DNA of 64,000 bases from Myxococcales bacterium. GTDB lineage: Bacteria; Lernaellota; Lernaellaia; Lernaellales; Lernaellaceae. The notes beneath the pieces are model-generated. The model worked only from the letters and a program-made list of their open reading frames with translations, ran no database searches and had not been told where the DNA came from. The translations under genes were made by a program, and so were the position numbers. Positions 59,303-64,000 of the stretch are shown one piece after another. Position 1 is the first letter of the stretch. Every line of letters begins with the position of its first letter. Where the stretch lies: the NCBI GenBank assembly GCA_012517325.1, contig JAAYVF010000093.1, forward strand, positions 39,707 to 103,706, in the 5' to 3' direction.

Positions 59303-61837
59303 GTGGAAAACAAGGACCGGACCTATCGCGTGATGAAATTCGGCGGCACTTCGGTGGGCAACGCCGAGCGCCTGCTGCAGGTGATGCGACTGATCGAAAA
59401 AGAAAACGAAGCCGGATCGTTGGCCGTCGTGGTTTCCGCCATGGGCCACACCACGGATCATTTGATCGACGCGGTGACGATGGCCGCCACCGGCGATATG
59501 GGCCGCGCGGAAACGATCGTCGACCGCATCGAGGAATCGACGATCACCCACGGCAACAACGTGCTGGAGGCGCTGCACAAGGATCATACCGGCCTGGCTT
59601 TTCGCCCCGACCTGATCGACCCGATTCGCCAGGTGCTGGCCCCGCTGCGTCAGTTGTTGCGCGGCGTCAGCATCGTGCGCGAAAAAACCCCGCAGACGCT
59701 CGACCTGGTGATGAGTTTCGGCGAGCGGATCAGCGCCTCGTTGCTTACGCTGCTTCTCCAGGCGCGACGCGTCGACGCCGTTTTCGTCGATGCGCGCGAT
59801 TGGGTACTGACCGACGACAGCTTCGGCCTGGCGAAGGTCGACGTCGAAAAAAGCCGGACCCGCCTGCGGGCGCTGGCCGCCGCCTGGACCGGCAAACTTT
59901 CCGTTCACACGGGTTTTCTGGGCCGGACCGCCGACGGCCGCACCACGACCTTGGGCCGCAACGGGTCGGATTACACGGCCGCGCTGCTGGCGCAGGCGCT
60001 GGAGGCGCGCGAGGTCGTCATCTGGACCGATGTTTCCGGCGTGATGACGGCCGATCCCGCGATCGTCGATGACGTCTATACCGTGCCGCGCCTCAGCCAT
60101 CAGGAAGCGCTCGAGCTGGCCAATCTGGGTTGGCGCATGTTCCACCCGCGAACGATGATTCCGTTGATCGAATCCAACATCCCCATGCACATCCGCAACA
60201 CCGCCGATCCGGAAGCGAGCGGCACGTACGTGGACGCGGCGGGCTCGCCCGACGCGGATCGGCCGACTTGCGTCACCAGCCTCGAGGATCTGGCGCTGAT
60301 CGAAGTGGAATACAAGCAGGTCGCCGAGGAAACGACCGTCGGCGAACGGGTGCTGCGGGCGCTCGACGACGGCGGCGTCGTCGTTTGGATGGCGGTGCAG
60401 ACGCCGCGCGGCCGGGCGATCGCCGTGGTCGTGCCGCATGAACAAAGTCGGCGGGCCGAGACCATCATCCGGGATGAACTGGCCCGGGAACTGGATCGCA
60501 AGCTGGTCGGGGCGCTGCGGATTTCCGCGCCGGTCACCCTGGTGACGCTGGTCGCCGAGGCGATGGGCCGGACCGTCAACGTGACCGGCCGTTTTCTGCA
60601 TGCGGTCGGCCGCGTGGGCGTCATGGTGCGCGCTTGCGCCCAGGGCGTCGGCGAACGGTCGATTTCCGCGGTGATCGACGCCGCCGACACGCACGTGGCG
60701 CTGCGCACGGTGCACGCGGCGTTCAACCTGGCGCATCAGCCGGTCAGCATTTTCCTGCTCGGCAAGGGAACGGTCGGCAGCCATTTCCTGCAGCAGATCC
60801 GCGCCCAGAAAAAAAGCCTGCTGGCCGATCACAACATCGTGCCCCGCGTGGTCGGCCTGGCCGACAGCCGGCGGGTGCTCTTCGATGCGAAAGGCATCGA
60901 TCTGGAGCGCTGGAACGACCTCCTCGCCCAGGCGCCGCAGGCGGGCGACGCGCCGCCGAAAATCCAGCCGCTGCTCGATGAATTGCGCCGCCTGCCGGTG
61001 CCCGTGCTGGTCGATTGCACCGCGGAAAAAGGAATGGAAGAACTGTATCTCGAGGCCTTCGCCCGCGGCATTCACGTGGTTGCCTCCAATAAAAAGCCGC
61101 TCACGTTACCGTGGCCCGAACGGCAGACGCTGATGGGCGCGGCGCTACGCCATCACCGATCGTACCTCTATGAAACCACCGTCGGCGCCAGCCTGCCGGT
61201 CATCAACACCTTGAAAAACCTGGTCAACACGGGCGATCACGTCTTGCTGATCGAGGGCGCGTTTTCCGGCACCTTGGGTTACCTCTGTAATGAATTGATG
61301 TCCGGGGTTCCGCTGTCGCAAGCCGTGCGCACGGCCAAGGAACTGGGCTATACCGAACCGCATCCGCGCGACGACCTGTCGGGGATGGACGTGGCCCGCA
61401 AGGCGCTGATTCTGGCGCGCGAACTGGGCTACAAGGTGGAACTGGAAGATATCGAGATCGAGCCGTTCGTGCCGGTCGATTTGCTAAAGAAAGACGATCT
61501 GGAGGAATTTTTCCGTTCGTTGACGGAAAGCGATCCGCTCATGCGAAAGCGCATCGAACAGTTGCAATCCGAAAATAAATTGTTGCGTTACCTGGCCACC
61601 ATCGACCCGGAAGCCTCCAAGGCCGGCAGCAAACTCGTCAGCGTCAAACCGGTCGGTATCGGCATGGATCATCCGGCCTCACGCCTGCGCGGCAGCGAAG
61701 CGTTCGTTTCCTTTACGACCGAACGCTACCAGAAATACCCCTTGATCGTGCAGGGCGCGGGCGCGGGCGGGGCGGTCACGGCGGCCGGTGTTCTGGCTGA
61801 CGTTCTGGAACTGGCCCAAATGCTGCGCGGCAAGTGA
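59303..61837 (+). CDS. Bifunctional aspartokinase / homoserine dehydrogenase (ThrA/MetL-like)
   Basis: RVMKFGGTSV aspartokinase N-terminus, ACT region, then a homoserine dehydrogenase NAD-binding region (IFLLGKGTVGSHFL) and catalytic domain. Start is GTG 59303 or ATG 59333. Confidence 0.85.
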   Translation: MENKDRTYRVMKFGGTSVGNAERLLQVMRLIEKENEAGSLAVVVSAMGHTTDHLIDAVTMAATGDMGRAETIVDRIEESTITHGNNVLEALHKDHTGLAFRPDLIDPIRQVLAPLRQLLRGVSIVREKTPQTLDLVMSFGERISASLLTLLLQARRVDAVFVDARDWVLTDDSFGLAKVDVEKSRTRLRALAAAWTGKLSVHTGFLGRTADGRTTTLGRNGSDYTAALLAQALEAREVVIWTDVSGVMTADPAIVDDVYTVPRLSHQEALELANLGWRMFHPRTMIPLIESNIPMHIRNTADPEASGTYVDAAGSPDADRPTCVTSLEDLALIEVEYKQVAEETTVGERVLRALDDGGVVVWMAVQTPRGRAIAVVVPHEQSRRAETIIRDELARELDRKLVGALRISAPVTLVTLVAEAMGRTVNVTGRFLHAVGRVGVMVRACAQGVGERSISAVIDAADTHVALRTVHAAFNLAHQPVSIFLLGKGTVGSHFLQQIRAQKKSLLADHNIVPRVVGLADSRRVLFDAKGIDLERWNDLLAQAPQAGDAPPKIQPLLDELRRLPVPVLVDCTAEKGMEELYLEAFARGIHVVASNKKPLTLPWPERQTLMGAALRHHRSYLYETTVGASLPVINTLKNLVNTGDHVLLIEGAFSGTLGYLCNELMSGVPLSQAVRTAKELGYTEPHPRDDLSGMDVARKALILARELGYKVELEDIEIEPFVPVDLLKKDDLEEFFRSLTESDPLMRKRIEQLQSENKLLRYLATIDPEASKAGSKLVSVKPVGIGMDHPASRLRGSEAFVSFTTERYQKYPLIVQGAGAGGAVTAAGVLADVLELAQMLRGK

Positions 61838-62023
61838 CAGATTCCTAAATTCCCCAGGTTAAAACATTTGGACAATGAAAAGATGACTCGTCCGCGTTTT
61901 TTGCGGATGGTTCAATCTAATATTTTTTCTGGTTCAAACGAAAAAAAGACAATAAATGTCTTGTCCTAGACAACATATTGAAAGATCGGTCCCTCAAAAT
62001 TGCAGATATGGGACATTTTTTAC

Positions 62024-62080
62024 TTGACAACTTACCGGGCGGTAAGTAAATTTCCTGCCCACGCTTACTTACCGGTAAGT
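62024..62080 (+). promoter_or_regulatory. Sigma-70-like promoter (TTGACA-N17-TAAATT) overlapped by two palindromic operators, ACTTACC-GGGC-GGTAAGT and ACTTACCGGTAAGT
   Basis: -35 TTGACA at 62024-62029, -10 TAAATT at 62047-62052. Palindrome 1 at 62030-62047 fills the spacer. Palindrome 2 at 62067-62080 is at or downstream of the +1. RBS AAGGAG then ATG 62107. Confidence 0.6.
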
Positions 62081-62106
62081 AGGTTGATTAGCAAGGAGAT
62101 GGTTGG

Positions 62107-63492
62107 ATGAAACGAATGACGCTGATCGCAACCCTGACGGTATTGGTCTTGATGGCCGCGCCGGGCTGGTCGTTCGCCCTGGACCTGAAGGAATGTCTCG
62201 ATCGCGGCATGGCCAATTCGGATCGCGTAAAAGCAGCATTGGCCGGCTGGGATCAGGCTCGGATGCAACGGTATGCCTCACCGCTGAACTTTTTACCGAC
62301 GCTCAGTGCGCAGGGCAGTAAAACCTGGCTGGATGTTCACAGCACCATGCCGGAAACCTCGGTATCGCTGCCGGCCGGATTGCCGGCGGAACAAGCGCAA
62401 TTGCTGGGGGCCATCTTCGGCGCGATGGATTTCAGCTCTCTGACGGCCGTGCCGGACCACAACGACGACCTGACGCTGAGCGCCTATCAACCGTTGACGC
62501 AACTGCCGCAGATCGCCTTTTACGACAAGGTCGCCTCGGACAGCACCGAACTGGCTCATTTGTCCTACGAAGTGACCAAGGACCAGACGGTGTTGTACCT
62601 GGCTTCGCAATACTTCGGCGTGTTGCTCGCCCGCGACCGGACCCGCGCCTTGCAGCGCGCGCTCGAACAGGTGGAACGCCTGAAGCATGACGCCGAGAAC
62701 ATGATGCAACAGGGGATGATCACCAAGGCCGACCTGCTCAAGTTCCAAATGCGCTACAGCGAGGTGGAGATGCAGTTGTTGCAAGCGCGGAACGACGAGG
62801 CGGTCGCCAAGTCGCATCTGGCGCTGCTGCTTGATCTGCCAATCGAAAAAATCGAATGCGCGGAAACGGAGATCGCGCCATCGGCTTTGAAAGAGATGTC
62901 CTGGTATCAAGAAACCGGCCAAAAGGATCGGCGTGAATTGCGGATGGTCGGCTTGCAGGAAGGGATCGCGGGCGCGACCCGCAACGCCGCGTATCTGTCG
63001 CTGCTGCCGCAGGTCGGCGCCATCGCCTCGGCCAACTGGAACGAAGACGGACTGGACACGACGCCGGACCGCACCTACGCCGCCGGCTTCGCGCTGTCGT
63101 GGAATTTCTGGGGCTGGGGCGGCGATGTGCTCAAGGCCCGCGCCGCCGGTTATGCCCGCGAAAAGGCGATCTTCGAGGCCAACGCCACCCGGATCGACCT
63201 GCGCGTCTCTATTGAAAAAGCCTGGCGCGACGCCACCGTCGCCCGGCAGGTCGTCAAAACCTACCGCGAAACCCTCGACCAGGCCGAGGAAAATTTCCGC
63301 ATCGAAAACAACCGCTATCAGATCGGTAAATCCACTGCCGCCGACTTGCTCGGCGCGCAAACCCAATTGACCGCCGCCGACACCGGTTACAAGGCCGCGC
63401 TTTATAACGTCGCCTTGGCCGACGCCAATCTGGAGGCGTCGATCGGTCATCGTCCATTTTCGCAGCTTACGGGAGAGTCGGATCATGAATAA
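62107..63492 (+). CDS. TolC-family outer-membrane efflux protein
   Basis: Signal peptide and two tandem OEP-like repeats (...TKADLLKFQ...; ...STAADLLGAQTQL...). Confidence 0.8.
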   Translation: MKRMTLIATLTVLVLMAAPGWSFALDLKECLDRGMANSDRVKAALAGWDQARMQRYASPLNFLPTLSAQGSKTWLDVHSTMPETSVSLPAGLPAEQAQLLGAIFGAMDFSSLTAVPDHNDDLTLSAYQPLTQLPQIAFYDKVASDSTELAHLSYEVTKDQTVLYLASQYFGVLLARDRTRALQRALEQVERLKHDAENMMQQGMITKADLLKFQMRYSEVEMQLLQARNDEAVAKSHLALLLDLPIEKIECAETEIAPSALKEMSWYQETGQKDRRELRMVGLQEGIAGATRNAAYLSLLPQVGAIASANWNEDGLDTTPDRTYAAGFALSWNFWGWGGDVLKARAAGYAREKAIFEANATRIDLRVSIEKAWRDATVARQVVKTYRETLDQAEENFRIENNRYQIGKSTAADLLGAQTQLTAADTGYKAALYNVALADANLEASIGHRPFSQLTGESDHE

Positions 63493-64000
63493 ATACACGT
63501 TGTCGAAAACGCCTCAGGTGAAAGTGATCGCTTGCGCGAGCCTGCTCGCGCTGTTGCTGCTGGTTTCGATCGGCTGCGGCAAGGGAACCGATGCCAAGCA
63601 GGACGGCGCCGGAACCGCCGAAATCGCGGTGCCGGTGAAGGTCGTGGTGGCCGGACAGGGACAGAGCGGCGGCCAGATGCTCGCGACCGGTACGCTGGAA
63701 CCGGTCAATCAGACGCAGATCGGTTGCAAGGTCGGCGGGATTGTCGCGGCGGTTCACGTCGAGGTCGGCGACCGGGTGAAGAAAGGCCAACCGCTCGTCA
63801 CGTTGCAGCTGACGGATTATCAGTTGGGCGTGCAACAAGCGACGGCGGCGTACCAGAGCGCCCAAGTCAACTTCGAAACCGCCGAGAAAAACTACCAACG
63901 CGTCACCAATCTGAAAAACGACGGTTCGATTTCGGCTGCCGATTTCGATCAGGCCACGCTCGGTTACAAGGCGGCGAAGTACGGCCTCGAACAGGCCGAA
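63485..64000 (+). CDS. Efflux periplasmic adaptor (HlyD/MFP family) lipoprotein, 5' partial (runs off the window)
   Basis: MNKYT...LLLVSIGC lipobox, then PVKVVVAGQGQSGG...GDRVKKGQPLVTLQ biotin-lipoyl-like MFP motif. 8-nt overlap with the tolC-like stop. Confidence 0.75.
   Translation, partial: MNKYTLSKTPQVKVIACASLLALLLLVSIGCGKGTDAKQDGAGTAEIAVPVKVVVAGQGQSGGQMLATGTLEPVNQTQIGCKVGGIVAAVHVEVGDRVKKGQPLVTLQLTDYQLGVQQATAAYQSAQVNFETAEKNYQRVTNLKNDGSISAADFDQATLGYKAAKYGLEQAE

Overview
High-GC (roughly 65%) Gram-negative chromosomal window with about 50 densely packed genes. Many junctions are 4-nt ATGA start/stop overlaps. The lineage is probably deltaproteobacterial-like (Geobacter-type PilR/sigma-54/pilin module, many lipoproteins), but this is a low-confidence guess.

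Gene content, start to end:
- 1-1281 (-): TatD nuclease-like domain fused to a radical SAM domain.
- 1401-3442: PilR-like sigma-54 activator, a perfect sigma-54 promoter, a type IV pilin gene and its terminator.
- 3577-11170: LPS inner-core operon: lpxK, gmhB, a split hldE (separate kinase and adenylyltransferase), an SDR epimerase, a Trm112/YcaR-like ORF, kdsA, a short transaldolase, and GT2 and GT9 transferases.
- 11229-13800: lower-GC two-gene lipoprotein islet.
- 14040-23894: exported module of an NPP-type phosphodiesterase lipoprotein, a penicillin-amidase-family lipoprotein, an OM beta-barrel porin and a PHP/CehA-like metallophosphoesterase lipoprotein.
- 24037-28463: second LPS block: GT9, GT4, O-antigen ligase and a second RfaE-type sugar kinase paralog.
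- 28460-32645: DUF4416-yicC-gmk-rel/spoT.
- 32663-38751 (-): czc/cusCBA-type heavy-metal RND efflux operon; the CzcB-like adaptor has a tandem N-terminal CPMHP...CPxC metal-binding domain.
- 38976-56478: cell-surface cluster: GT-C-like membrane protein, GH31 lipoprotein, PKD lipoprotein, flotillin + NfeD, S8 subtilase with an FG-GAP propeller, two YVTN beta-propeller lipoproteins, an HExxH SprA-related protein and a pectin-acetylesterase-family lipoprotein.
- 56615-61837: metY-metX-aspartokinase/homoserine dehydrogenase.
- 62024-64000: repressor-operator-like promoter driving a tolC-like + MFP efflux operon (truncated at the window edge).

No CRISPR array, transposase, integrase, tRNA or rRNA was found. 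The main non-canonical observations are:
- the TatD-rSAM fusion;
- recurrent Asp/Asn-rich low-complexity tracts encoded by GAY-codon microsatellites right after the lipobox Cys in several lipoproteins and at the S8 protease C-terminus;
- a roughly 900-bp non-coding gap whose minus-strand intrinsic-terminator hairpin sits just upstream of the RBS of the SprA-related gene (attenuator or riboswitch-like);
- an orphan plus-strand terminator hairpin in a divergent intergenic region;
- a double palindromic operator, ACTTACC-N(4 or 0)-GGTAAGT, over an efflux promoter.

I cannot point to one clear, self-contained novel system (defence island, retron, DGR or similar). The surface-protein cluster with D/N-rich tethers and the leader/attenuator candidates are the most unexplored parts.
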